Sequence record: NZ_CP118944.1
Direction: 5' to 3' (one strand)
DNA length: 64,000 nucleotides
DNA from: a plasmid
The notes under the pieces are model-generated. The model saw only the letters and a list, made by a program, of their open reading frames with translations. It was not told the origin of the DNA and did no database searches. Of this stretch, positions 47,245-57,644 are shown piece after piece. The position numbers and the translations under genes are program-made. The stretch's first letter is position 1; every line of letters begins with the position of its first letter.

Positions 47245-47835
47245 TTAAATATCTAACCTTTCCAATTGCTCAGGATCCAGCTTATCCCCGTCTCGCCATG
47301 CTTTGATGACAGCACTGAATACGGCAAGATCGTAACGGCCTAAATCGGCCAGCGCGATAAACCAAAGGATCAGCAATGATGCGAATTGCGTAGTGTAAGA
47401 TAACATGAGTGACAGCGTTAAAAATTTAACGGCGATACTTGTCAAAATGTTCAAACCCAACCACACACCTGAATAATACATGGTCTTACGTCTGATAAGA
47501 TTAACAATCAGACTCTGCTCCCTAATTTCGACAGGCAAGGATAGGTATTTGCTTCTCATGCTGGTAATGCCGATAAAAATGAAAAATCCAAATATAAAAA
47601 ACATTAGTAGTGGAATCAGATCATCCAGCCTAGCCATTAGGTCTAAATCATATTTTTGAAAGTACGCTAGATTTGAAAAAAGATTCCATAATGGCATGAT
47701 GAGCATGCAGAGCATTACAGCGAGACCAGGCATGGCACATGATAGAAAAGGCGGGATCGCCACATCTTGTTGCTTCAAGGTGCTAGAGATAAACGCGATA
47801 TCATCAGTTATTGCCTTTTTTGTTATGTTCATCAC
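47245..47835 (-). CDS. traS: inner-membrane entry-exclusion protein, TraS by position
   Basis: 196 aa, multi-transmembrane, located between traG and traT as in F. TraS is poorly conserved, so the call is positional. Confidence 0.4.
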   Translation of the reverse strand: MMNITKKAITDDIAFISSTLKQQDVAIPPFLSCAMPGLAVMLCMLIMPLWNLFSNLAYFQKYDLDLMARLDDLIPLLMFFIFGFFIFIGITSMRSKYLSLPVEIREQSLIVNLIRRKTMYYSGVWLGLNILTSIAVKFLTLSLMLSYTTQFASLLILWFIALADLGRYDLAVFSAVIKAWRDGDKLDPEQLERLDI

Positions 47836-48100
47836 TTGTTCTCCCTGTTAAGTAACTCATTTGCTTGCTTTTCAATTTCAGCTATTCGTGGGTCTTTTTT
47901 ACCCTGGTGTATCACGGCCTCTGCGTGCTTATCTTCAAACTGACCGGCTGCCTGTGATTGCTCAGATTGAATATGTTGGCGATCCCTTAATATATCATCC
48001 TGCGCATGGCTAATCGAATCATTATTTCGTGAAATAACCTGACCGTTATCACCTATTTGACTATCAACCCGTTGCTGTGTGTCATCGGCTATTCCCGCCA

Positions 48101-49489
48101 CATGTACAGAACCTTAAGCGGCAAGCGAATTAATAATACCGTCTAACGTGTTGTTTTGCTTGGATTTTCTCTGCCTACTCTTTTTGCCGTTTTTGGATAA
48201 ATACACCATTGCCCACTCCAACTTCTCTGTTATTTCCTGCCACGCACCATGGATGATGCTCGCCAATATCGGCATTAACCAAAGCGCGCTGTTTTTGGCA
48301 ATCTTCAGCATCGATAACTCCGCGCTGCCAATCAGCGTCAGCGCCAGCCGACGTTTGACCAGCAAGGCCAGCAAACTAGCCCAGATCAAGCCTTCCGCTA
48401 TCGCTTTTTGTCGTGTCGCGAACGCCTTCAACCGGTTATGTGATTTCAGCTCTTTGAACAACAGTTCGATCTGCCAACGGCAACGATACAATGCCATCAC
48501 CTTCTCGGCTGGCCATCGCTCACGCGGAAGATTGGTCATCCATATACAGAACCGTTTTTCCTCTGCAAACCAACGTCTTATGAGTCGATATTTATACTTT
48601 CCCGAACTCACATCCAGATCCAGAACCTCGGCTCTGCAGCTTCTCCGATCGATATCCTTGAGCTTTTTTCCGAGTAACTTGGGCATTTCCCTGCCGTCCT
48701 GTCGGTAAGCTGCCTGTACTTTGGGATTGAGATTTTGACTCCCTCTGACCAGATAGCTTCCTTTGGCTTTGGTCACATCAGCAAAGTACTCGCGGCTGAT
48801 GTAACCGGCATCCGCCAATAACAGTTTGTTATTTAACGAATTTGCGGCCGGAAGATGCTTGCGCTCCGATTCGGTATCCGCCGTGATACTCATCGATATC
48901 GGCGACTGGTCCAGCAAGGACATGGTCATATGACACTCTACCGCAGCGGGGCTGTGCTTATTGAATCGGCCCGGGAAATGTTCTGCCAATTGCGGATGTA
49001 ACGCGAATGACGACCCGTCCTGCAGCAGTACCTGCTCAAAGCCTGCCAGTCCGTGGGCGTCCGGTAGACACTCCTTGAGGCGTAAGGCGATGGCTCGTTC
49101 AACCAGTGCGCGCATGAACAAGGGAAAACCCTGCTTGCGTAACTGGTTGTGAAAGGGTTTATACGCTATTTGGTCAGTATCATGGAGCTGCAACGCATTG
49201 AAATGGCGATGCAAACCAGCAATACCATCCACCTTGTCGCAACCAAGCCCTGAGAGCAGAGCCGGGAGTAGTCTCGCAGGCTGGATATCCCGGAGTCGCT
49301 GACAAAAACCGGTAAATTTACCGATCCGGTTGAGTTCAGAAGAGCTAAGAAGTTGCTTGAGGTACTGGGTTGCATTGATAATAGTCATGGCTTCGGGCGT
49401 GTCGGTTTTTTTTTGCGATTAAATCAGATCACAAACGAAGCCTTTTTTCTATCTATTTCAATTGGTTGTAGCTAAAGATCCTGTACATG
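48101..49489 (-). mobile_element. IS4-family insertion sequence (1389 bp) with 10-bp target-site duplication ATTCCCGCCA
   Basis: Ends CATGTACAGAACC... / ...GATCCTGTACATG (inverted). Direct repeats attcccgcca at 48091-48100 and 49490-49499. Confidence 0.8.
48114..49388 (-). CDS. IS4-family DDE transposase (424 aa)
   Basis: ORF-track ORF. Contains IS4-type ...YRCRWQIELLFKELK (the YREK region). Confidence 0.8.
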   Translation of the reverse strand: MTIINATQYLKQLLSSSELNRIGKFTGFCQRLRDIQPARLLPALLSGLGCDKVDGIAGLHRHFNALQLHDTDQIAYKPFHNQLRKQGFPLFMRALVERAIALRLKECLPDAHGLAGFEQVLLQDGSSFALHPQLAEHFPGRFNKHSPAAVECHMTMSLLDQSPISMSITADTESERKHLPAANSLNNKLLLADAGYISREYFADVTKAKGSYLVRGSQNLNPKVQAAYRQDGREMPKLLGKKLKDIDRRSCRAEVLDLDVSSGKYKYRLIRRWFAEEKRFCIWMTNLPRERWPAEKVMALYRCRWQIELLFKELKSHNRLKAFATRQKAIAEGLIWASLLALLVKRRLALTLIGSAELSMLKIAKNSALWLMPILASIIHGAWQEITEKLEWAMVYLSKNGKKSRQRKSKQNNTLDGIINSLAA

Positions 49490-52070
49490 ATTCCCGCCAT
49501 ATTGGCCAGTTTATTAAATTTATCCGTGTGACTGGCCATCGTATTGTTGCCTGACGGTCCTTGTGGCTGAACGGTTTCCATGCCGTCAGTGAGCGATGAG
49601 CGGTGTTGTTGATAGTCTCCTTCTACCCGCGAGCGCAGTGTGTCTTCCATAAACTGGCCTGCCAGCTGCTCGCGCTCAGCGCGGACTTCCGAGCTGGCGG
49701 TATTGGTGAGCAGTTCGTCCGCCTTGGCCGGGGCGTGTTGCTGCACGTAGCCGACAAACTCCTGGGCGTAGTTGCTCTGCATGTTGGCACTGGTGGTGTC
49801 GCTACTTGACGCCATCTGGCTGTATTCGTGGCTGCGATTCAGACTCGAGGTGTATTGGCTGTATTGACTGTCGGCCACGCTCAGGGTTGCGCCCAGCTGG
49901 TCAAGCTGAGTATTGGCGGTGTTGTCGGTATGGCTGCCAGAGTGCGATACACGATAGCTTTGCACCATGTCCTTGCCCTGGCGGAAGTCTTTGAGCTCCT
50001 GACTGGACTGGTCGGCAGAGTGATCCCGGGTTTGCTGTCCGCCATGGGTGGTGCTGTCCGTTGAACCTGAACTGGCTGAACCACTCCCACCGGCATAGAA
50101 CTCTCCGCCTGCAGAGCCTCCGAAGGCCAGACTGGCTATTTTTCCGAGCGCGGCCTTGTCCGAATCAACGCGGCCATAAGCCTTCGCCCCAGCATGGACC
50201 TCACCTCGGGTTGACTTGTCCATCAGCTCGTTAAACGCCTGGTTTTCACTGATGTTGTTGCGAGCCGCATAGGATTGGGCCGCCGAGACCATCATGCTGG
50301 CCCCTTTTGTTTGTGAGGTGGACTGGCTACTGTCGGCGCCGGTGGTCATGCTGCTGCTGTTGCCTGACTGCGTCGAGAACTGCTTGGCCTGGTTAAAGGC
50401 ACTGTTGACCGCATGGTTGTACCCGGCGAGTGAACTTTCGGCCTGGGTTTCACTCTCTCTGGCGAGGCGCTGCGCCGTACTGCTCATCGCCTTGCCAAAG
50501 TTGATATCAACCGGCAGTTTCGACATGGCCGGGGATGAGTTATAGACACTGCCACCGCCCGCTGTTTGCGTCACCAGTGCGCCGTTATTGGTCTGGGCGG
50601 TCATCTGGCCATTGGCAAAGGAGGAGTTGGTGTCCCACTTGCCGCCAGTCACGTTGTCGGTCTGCATGTTGTTAAACGACCAGTTACCATCGACCGCTTG
50701 CGACGCCGATTGTGTCGATGCGCTTTGCATGGCATTGCCCAGATAGCTACCGGCTTGCGAGACCGCACTGCCCATGCCCTTCACAATGCCGTAGGCCAGG
50801 AACGGAATGGACAATGCCAGCCAGCCTGCGGTGGTGCCAATATCAGAATATTGCTGTTGCACCTGGGAAAGATTGGAGAGCGTGACGTTGATGCCGCCCG
50901 AGGATGATTTCAGGTAGAAGTTCATGGCGTTGTTCAAAATGGCGAACAATATTGGCCAGGTCTGCAGGTACGCGAGGGTGAAGACATACCCCTTGAGCAC
51001 TTCCAGGGTGAGCACACTCATGATGGCCAGCAACATGACGATGGGGAACAACCCAATCATCATGCCAAACAGCACGGTTTGCATGATGGGCAAGGTGTGG
51101 GTCGCCATGTTGGCCCCGGTGGCTTGCGACATGCGCAGCTTGGCAAAACTGGACTCGGTAGAGAGGTTGACCAGGCTGGCGGTATCGCCGTTACGAGCAC
51201 CGTAACTGGTAATACCCTTGCGCAGCGCACTCATCGTCACGTTCTTTTTCATGATCTCGCTGGCGCTCTGACCGCCACCATAAAAGAAGCTGTAACTGTC
51301 GCCCATCATGGTGCCAAAGAGGGTGGTGGCATTGGGTTTGCCGCCAAAGAGCTTGTGCACATAGTAAGACCACGTCTCTCCACCGGGGGCGCTGTCGAGG
51401 TTCATTGCATTTTGTAACTGGCCCGCTGCCCACTGGCAGGTCTGGAAATTGCCGTTTTGGTCATAGACCCCGCGCAGGGGACTCGGGCGTGAGAAAATGA
51501 GGCTGTATGGGTCTGGACTTCGCATCAGATCGTCAAGGCTGTATTTGTGATTGAGCATGATGTCGCCGACCACGCAATTTTGCACATAATCGGAGAACAG
51601 ACCGGCAATGGCCGGATTGGTCGACATAAAATCGGTGCTGCTGCCGACCAGATTGGCCCCAAACAGCATGCCGGTTTTGCTGTAGGTCATGGCGTCAGGT
51701 TGGTGAAAGACCGTCTCGTAAGCGACGGTGATGGCGTGACCCACTGAACTTATCAGGCTGGCGGGCAACACCAGCCCCACCGGCACGTTATCGACCTGAT
51801 AGACGGCGGTGGCGTCGGATATGTCAATGACCTGCACAGACCGTTTGCTCCCGAGCAATACGCCGGTGACCAGCACGAAGGCGGCGACCCACTTGAGCGT
51901 GGTCATCAGATCGTGGGTGCGCACATAGGTGATGGCGGCGATGATCACCGACAAGATGGTGGCCATCTTGATGAGGTAAACCCAGTCTCCGCTGGACTGG
52001 GTAAACGCCGCAACGGCATTGAGCGAGTCTCGAAACCATGCCCCGCCGCTGATGGTGTAGATAGTGTCCA

Positions 52071-53435
52071 TTATGATCCTGCGCCCCCGAATCGGTAGTT
52101 GGATTGATAGCGTTCCAGCAAGCGGCTGGAGAGCTGCTGGCGCATGTAGCTCATCTGTCTGTCCACGACCATCAGCGCACTTTGATTGATCTGGACACGC
52201 GATTGCAGCACGGCGATGTTCTGGCTGGACTGATTAAGACTTTGATGGAGTTGTTCGATGGCAGGCTCAGGGTAGTTGCTGCTGCCCAGCATGATCCTGG
52301 CTTGCTGGATCAACTCCTGCAGGTACTGCATGAGAATGTCGTAACTGATGTAATCGGAGAGCTGGTAGAGCAGGCTGTTGGCCACCCCGAGTGATTGCGG
52401 ATCGATGAGGTATTTCAGCACTGGCACGGAGGTCGAGCTGATAAAGCCCTTCTCCTTTTCGGTCAGGGGCGAGTCGGAGATCGCCTTGTTCTGGATGCTG
52501 GTCAACATGGCTTTCACTTGGCCGCTCAGGGCGTTGGTCTCACTGATAGAGACTGGCCGGATGGACGGGTTAAGGCACAGCGAAGTGGTATCGCAGGCGT
52601 AGATCTTGGCGCTGCCACCATTCATCATCGCCTTGATGATGTCCTCATTGGTGGTGAGCGCGACAAGCGGTTTGATCTCGCCTTTGTCATCGAAGATCAA
52701 GGTGCCGGTCAAACTCATGGCAAACTCTTTGAGCTCGCGGTTACTGCTGAACAGGCCATTTTTCCCCAGGGACTCCCACATCAGGTTTTTGTTTTTCAGC
52801 ACCTGATCCTTGTTTTTGGCGTCTGCCTTGTCGGTCACGCTGCCATATTGGCCACCGAGGGTGCAGCCCTGGCGGGAGGCGGCCCAGTCGCTGAACAGGT
52901 TTTGCTCCCCAGAGATGTCCTGGCAGATCTTCTGCTGGCTGACTGCAGTTTTTGGCCATAGCCCGCCAACGATGCCTTGTGCCGCCTGGCAACTGCTCAT
53001 GTTCATGGAGTTCACATCCGAGGCGAGCTTTTGCAGAAAGTCTTTAGCCTGCTTCATTTCCGGCACGGTGGTTTGCAGGGCCAGATCGAAAAAGTACCCG
53101 GCAGCGTTGCCCATGATCTGTTTGACGAAACGTTGGAGCTGGTCGCCGGTGATATGGGAAAACGAGCCCAGGTAGGCATCGATGCCGCCGCACCCGGCAT
53201 TGAGGCTGGGCACCTGCATCGAGAACAGCTGCACCTGCTTGACGGCAGTACGCATATAAATAGAGCCGCCGCTGGCATAGCCCGCGGCCTGGCCTTGCCA
53301 GGCATGGGGCATGGTGGTGTTGGTTTCAAAGCCCAGCTTGCCGAAAAAATCGTTCAGGTCGCTGTTCACATCCGCATTGACGGCGGTGCTCAGCAGCATC
53401 AGGGCGGCATAGCCGAATTGTTTAACGGGTCGCAT
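52071..53435 (-). CDS. traH: F-type pilus assembly protein TraH
   Basis: 454 aa with signal peptide, colinear with F TraH. Follows traG. Confidence 0.85.
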   Translation of the reverse strand: MRPVKQFGYAALMLLSTAVNADVNSDLNDFFGKLGFETNTTMPHAWQGQAAGYASGGSIYMRTAVKQVQLFSMQVPSLNAGCGGIDAYLGSFSHITGDQLQRFVKQIMGNAAGYFFDLALQTTVPEMKQAKDFLQKLASDVNSMNMSSCQAAQGIVGGLWPKTAVSQQKICQDISGEQNLFSDWAASRQGCTLGGQYGSVTDKADAKNKDQVLKNKNLMWESLGKNGLFSSNRELKEFAMSLTGTLIFDDKGEIKPLVALTTNEDIIKAMMNGGSAKIYACDTTSLCLNPSIRPVSISETNALSGQVKAMLTSIQNKAISDSPLTEKEKGFISSTSVPVLKYLIDPQSLGVANSLLYQLSDYISYDILMQYLQELIQQARIMLGSSNYPEPAIEQLHQSLNQSSQNIAVLQSRVQINQSALMVVDRQMSYMRQQLSSRLLERYQSNYRFGGAGS

Positions 53436-53958
53436 GGCGGCCTCCTGCGCTCAGGGCTACCTGAAACACCTCATCGAGGCGCGTCATAAACACATCAGCG
53501 GCTACCGCGCCCTGAAACATCGGGAAGGTCATCATGGTGTTGACGTTGACCAGGAACACCGTGGGGGTAGCGATGGGCAGGCCGTTGTTAAAAAACTCGA
53601 CCATCACATCTGGCCCAGCCGGTAGCGCAGCAGGAAAGGCGGCGTCGCCCCGACCGTCCAGCGAGTAGGGGAATACGGCGATCCCGGTTTGCTCGCTTAT
53701 CTGTTTAAGCACCGGGTCAAACTGGTGGCAGTAGGAGCAGGTGGACTGCATGAACAGCACCAGCTTCCAGTCTTCAACCCGGACGGCGCGGCCATCGCTT
53801 AACCGAAACGGGGGATGGTCGGCAGCCCGCGTTTGGGCCGAGGTGTCCTGTCTGGCCGCTTTGGCAGCATCGAGGCGGGCGATATCATCCCAGGTTGAGG
53901 CGGTGGCGCTCAAGCACAGCAGCCATGAGGTGAGTACAACCGTGCGAAGTGTGTTCAC
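53422..53958 (-). CDS. trbB: thioredoxin-fold disulfide isomerase TrbB
   Basis: GTG start overlaps the upstream stop (GTGA). CxxC motif CSYCHQF. 179 aa, compared with F TrbB 181. Confidence 0.7.
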   Translation of the reverse strand: MNTLRTVVLTSWLLCLSATASTWDDIARLDAAKAARQDTSAQTRAADHPPFRLSDGRAVRVEDWKLVLFMQSTCSYCHQFDPVLKQISEQTGIAVFPYSLDGRGDAAFPAALPAGPDVMVEFFNNGLPIATPTVFLVNVNTMMTFPMFQGAVAADVFMTRLDEVFQVALSAGGRHATR

Positions 53959-54293
53959 AGGCTTTCCCCCTGCGCCAGGCGCTCGCGGTAGTGCGTGCCA
54001 AAGGTCTGGCAAAAGTCGACCTCATACCAGGCAAGGCAGACATCGGGGGGCATGTGAGAAACGGCAGACATGAATCCCGCGACCCCTCCATCGGTGACGT
54101 GGGGGTGGCCTGTGTCGGTGTGGGTATACCACTGGGGATAGGTCTGCCGGTCGAGGATGGCCTGGTGCTGATGCGCGTCATCGGGACAGCAGATCCCCAT
54201 AAAGGCGACATAGCGCCAGTGTGCCTGCTCCAGCAGCGTGAGTTGTTCGATATCCAGCAGTTGCAACTGCTCCAGTGCTTCCAGGTAGTTCAT
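53955..54293 (-). CDS. hypothetical protein (112 aa) in the trbA/traQ position between traF and trbB
   Basis: Translationally coupled on both sides. Not membrane-like, so not confidently TraQ. Confidence 0.35.
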   Translation of the reverse strand: MNYLEALEQLQLLDIEQLTLLEQAHWRYVAFMGICCPDDAHQHQAILDRQTYPQWYTHTDTGHPHVTDGGVAGFMSAVSHMPPDVCLAWYEVDFCQTFGTHYRERLAQGESL

Positions 54294-55030
54294 TAAAATT
54301 CTCCTTTAAAGCCGGTGGCGACATTTAAAAACTGGCGCGATAGATCGTCCGGGGTAATAAATCCGTAGGCGAGGGGTCGATAGGTATGCTGTTTTGGATC
54401 AACCAGAAAGATCGCAGGGAAAAACTTGATGCCCATGCGTTGGCGTTGTCCTGAATCTAAACGGGACGTTGGCAGCGCCGGATTTAATACGCCATCCACA
54501 GAAACCGGAATAATGCTGATGTTGTTGTCTTTGGCGAAATTGGCAATGATGCTGCCCGCGAGATTGTCCAGTGGCATTTGACCTCGATAGAAAAAGAAAA
54601 TGCCATATTGCGAGGCCAGCTTGGCAATGGCGGTCTGTTCTTTTTGCTTGTCCATGGCCAGCTGCTCTTTCACTGTGCCGTTGTAGTGACTGTATTTGAG
54701 GTTGTAATCAAGCTCTGGGTATTTGAGCATGGCCGACTTGGCGCTCTGGGAAAATTGCCCCGCCCGCTCAGTCCAGAAATTTTGCCAGCGCATAAAGCGA
54801 GCAAAATTATCTGGTGAGCTATTCAAGATGGCATTATCCAGCGCTTCCTGAGTTGCTTTCTGATAGGCTTTTTTTAATTCGCTGGCCGATTTTTGTTTCG
54901 GGGCCGGTGCCTGCGGTTCGGTATTGTCCTGGGGCTCGTTATACCACTGCCAGCCCTGCGGCTCATTGCGCTCGGGGGCTGAGATGGCGGCAGAGACCGG
55001 CATGGCCAACATGAGCATGGCGGGCAACAT
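54293..55030 (-). CDS. traF: F-type pilus assembly thioredoxin-like protein TraF
   Basis: Start at MLPAMLMLAMPVSAAISA (signal peptide). 245 aa, compared with F TraF 247. The ORF-track 5' extension runs into the REP-like repeat. Confidence 0.75.
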   Translation of the reverse strand: MLPAMLMLAMPVSAAISAPERNEPQGWQWYNEPQDNTEPQAPAPKQKSASELKKAYQKATQEALDNAILNSSPDNFARFMRWQNFWTERAGQFSQSAKSAMLKYPELDYNLKYSHYNGTVKEQLAMDKQKEQTAIAKLASQYGIFFFYRGQMPLDNLAGSIIANFAKDNNISIIPVSVDGVLNPALPTSRLDSGQRQRMGIKFFPAIFLVDPKQHTYRPLAYGFITPDDLSRQFLNVATGFKGEF

Positions 55031-55037
55031 CCACCCC

Positions 55038-55108
55038 CACTGCCGCGCTACGCTTGCCTGCTGGCTCGCTCGGTGTGGCGAACGGATACCACACCTCAGA
55101 GCCCAGCC
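55038..55108 (+). repeat. REP-like repeat, copy 3 (intergenic traN-traF)
   Basis: ccgcgctacgcttgcctgctggctcgctcggtgtggcgaacggataccacacctcagagcccag. Confidence 0.45.
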
Positions 55109-55140
55109 TGATATCTGTTGCATATTGCCGGTCGAGAGGC

Positions 55141-57003
55141 TCATTTTGCGCCTCCGGTCTGGTTGTTCACTTGGTCTTTGATCTGCTGCTGGACGCGCTG
55201 GAGCAGCGCATTGTCCTCGGGGACAGTGGAGCCGTTTTGCAGGTCTTCGTAGAAGTTACTGAAGTCGAGGTTGTCGAAGTTGATCGCCTGGAGTTGCTCG
55301 ACGGTGATCCCGCGACAATCAGGTGAGGATGCGCCACCAAAGCCGACCCCGAGCTGCCACTGTCGCCCTTGTTGCTGGACGATCTGCGCCAGTTTGGAAT
55401 CAAAGATACAGTAGCTGCGCTTTTTCTCGACGCAGACGCCAAGCACTTTCTTGCTGCAGAACTCGCCGATATCGATGGTGAGCTTGCGCTGGCGCGCCTC
55501 GCCAAGGGCTTTTTCCTCGCTGCTGCAGCTGGCTAATCCTATATCTTGACCCCAGCCTGAATCCTTACAGCAGTTACTGAAGCCAGCTGCAAACTTTTTA
55601 CAAAATTGGGCCTTTCCTGTGAATGCACGAACGTCTGCGCCATTGAGTTCTGCAACGTCCTTGCCCGCTGCAGCAACGGCTGCCAATTCAGAGACGGCCT
55701 TTTGAAAGGCGTTGTTTTTGCCTGCCTCCGCCTGTGCGCAGCTGCCGTCCTTACAGAAGAACGTCCCGCCGCACATAACACCGGATCCGGTAGTTTTGTG
55801 TTCGCAGGAATAGGTCAGGTTTTCATGCAGACAGAAGCCATCGAGCTCATAAGCGCACTGTCGATTGGCAACGGTACAAGCAGGGTTATTAATATATTGA
55901 CTGCATGAGCCTTCGCTTTGAGATTGAGTCAAATAAGAGTCTTTATAAGCCCAGCAATCGCTGTACATCGTGTATGGCTTGCCTTCTACATAAATAGTCC
56001 TGTTACCGCCTGGCTCGGTACATTGGGAGCCGGTTAATGCCCCCTCCGCCTTATTAAATGGGCAGTTTTCTTTCCATTCAATTCGGGGGGTGAACACTCT
56101 GTTTTCAACGTTCATAACCATATTCAACGTGAGAGATGAAAAAAAACTAAGTCCGGGGCAGCCATAGCCAACCAATGCACAAAGAATAATGTTGTTGATT
56201 GCTGTTTCATTACCATACCCAAGGTCGCCGGAGACGGCATTGCCGCCTTTCACATTTATGCCTGAAGGGTTGAGTGTGTGAGTCGAGTTTCTACCGAGCT
56301 TATCTATATACGTGTTTAAGAAGGACGACGATGCATTTTGCATAAAGCCATTTGTGCCTCCAACAAAAAGCGTTGCGCTAATTATTTGGCCAGATTCTGG
56401 CGCAGTAAAATGGAAGCCAACGCGTGAACCACTCATGTAGTAACTGAACTGGCTGGGCTGGATTGTTATGTATTTTTGAGCCCACCCACCACTCCAATCG
56501 CCGGTAATGGTGGCTGTTCTTGAGCAATATTGATCGACCCTGGTGTCTCGTGAGCAAACATGGTTGGTGTATTCAGTATTTGTCACATCTTGTTCAACGC
56601 AGCCATCAAAACTGCCATCTGTCACGCTTTCGGCTTTGTCCTGAGCATCAGTACCCACAGAGATGAAAGGTGCATCCATGCTGGGTTTGTTGTCGGATGG
56701 CGTATTCAGGATGGACTCAGTAATGGCCTTGCCTGCGTCTGATTGGTTCAGGGCGGCATTACCTTGTGAAGTCAGATCGGTAGATGAATTGGTTACACCA
56801 CCGTAATAACCAGATTCAGTTGGGGTACTGGTGTAGTTTGGCAGGGCCGCTGCAGGGTCAAAGCCGCTGATTGCCGACTGTTCTTGGCCTTTGATGCCTT
56901 TGGCAAACTCGCTGCCCTGGTTGTACTGCTCATTAGCGGTAACTGGGACAGAGAATGACATCGCAGCCAAAAAAAGCGTCAAGAGCGGGCGAGAAAATGT
57001 CAT
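55141..57003 (-). CDS. traN: mating-pair stabilisation outer-membrane protein TraN
   Basis: 620 aa. Signal peptide. Cys-rich C-terminal half. Order and size as F TraN (602 aa). Confidence 0.8.
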   Translation of the reverse strand: MTFSRPLLTLFLAAMSFSVPVTANEQYNQGSEFAKGIKGQEQSAISGFDPAAALPNYTSTPTESGYYGGVTNSSTDLTSQGNAALNQSDAGKAITESILNTPSDNKPSMDAPFISVGTDAQDKAESVTDGSFDGCVEQDVTNTEYTNHVCSRDTRVDQYCSRTATITGDWSGGWAQKYITIQPSQFSYYMSGSRVGFHFTAPESGQIISATLFVGGTNGFMQNASSSFLNTYIDKLGRNSTHTLNPSGINVKGGNAVSGDLGYGNETAINNIILCALVGYGCPGLSFFSSLTLNMVMNVENRVFTPRIEWKENCPFNKAEGALTGSQCTEPGGNRTIYVEGKPYTMYSDCWAYKDSYLTQSQSEGSCSQYINNPACTVANRQCAYELDGFCLHENLTYSCEHKTTGSGVMCGGTFFCKDGSCAQAEAGKNNAFQKAVSELAAVAAAGKDVAELNGADVRAFTGKAQFCKKFAAGFSNCCKDSGWGQDIGLASCSSEEKALGEARQRKLTIDIGEFCSKKVLGVCVEKKRSYCIFDSKLAQIVQQQGRQWQLGVGFGGASSPDCRGITVEQLQAINFDNLDFSNFYEDLQNGSTVPEDNALLQRVQQQIKDQVNNQTGGAK

Positions 57004-57020
57004 TGGATTGCTCCTTGCGA

Positions 57021-57635
57021 TTAGGGGTGTGCGGCCAAGATGGCTTTGGCTGTGTCGGCACAGTCACCAGACTCTGCCACTTTGGTCAGGGCCTGTTGCA
57101 GGGCAAGGTTGCCCGCAATGCGGTCATAGGTCTCACCACAGGTCACCACCAGGGCGGGGACGGCATTGATGCCGTAGCGACGAAACGCCTGGGGATCGAT
57201 TTGCACCCCGCCGCGCTGGTCTTCATTGACCAGCTGCAAGACCGCGTTAGCTGTCTGGCGCATGTCGTTATTGACCATGCCGCGCAACGTGGCGGGGATC
57301 CCGAACCGGTCGGCGTCCAGAATGAGGCGCTTAAGCCCGGTTTTCGGGATGGAAAAAGAGACAAAGTAGAGCGCTTGGGGCACCGGTTTGGCCCCGGCGG
57401 CAGCCTGTTGTTGGCGGGCCAGGGATTGCGCCCACTGGCTATCGGTATTGTTCATCTGTCCACTGCTCTGCTGGCCCAGTTCGCTGGCCGCTTGCTGGTG
57501 CGCGTTACCCGGTGGATTGGCAATGAGCCCGTCAATAAATTGCTGTGCGTGGGCCAGGTCAGTTTGTGCCGGATCTGCGGCGTATGCCGGACAGATCAGC
57601 ATGCCGAGCAGGGTGAAGATCAAGGGACGTGTCAT
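57021..57635 (-). CDS. trbC: F-type pilus assembly protein TrbC
   Basis: 204 aa. Signal peptide. Position between traU and traN as in F. Confidence 0.6.
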   Translation of the reverse strand: MTRPLIFTLLGMLICPAYAADPAQTDLAHAQQFIDGLIANPPGNAHQQAASELGQQSSGQMNNTDSQWAQSLARQQQAAAGAKPVPQALYFVSFSIPKTGLKRLILDADRFGIPATLRGMVNNDMRQTANAVLQLVNEDQRGGVQIDPQAFRRYGINAVPALVVTCGETYDRIAGNLALQQALTKVAESGDCADTAKAILAAHP

Positions 57636-57644
57636 CGGTCATCC

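Larger units (their letters stand above)
47832..52071 (-). pseudogene. traG: traG interrupted by an IS4-family insertion (N-terminal 861 codons at 49490-52071; C-terminal ~85 codons at 47832-48100)
   Basis: The ORF 49453..52071 (MDTIYTISGGAWFRDSLNAVAAFTQ..., F TraG-like) ends ...KLANMAGI + 11 IS-derived codons. The separate ORF 47832..48101 restarts at ..AGIADDTQQ... The 10-bp target duplication encodes the repeated MAGI. Joined length ~946 aa, compared with F TraG 938. Confidence 0.7.

Noticed and set aside
47832-48101. 89-aa ORF between traS and the IS4 element called as an independent gene
   Set aside because: It is the severed C-terminal end of traG. It re-encodes MAGI from the 10-bp target duplication and restores F TraG length when joined.
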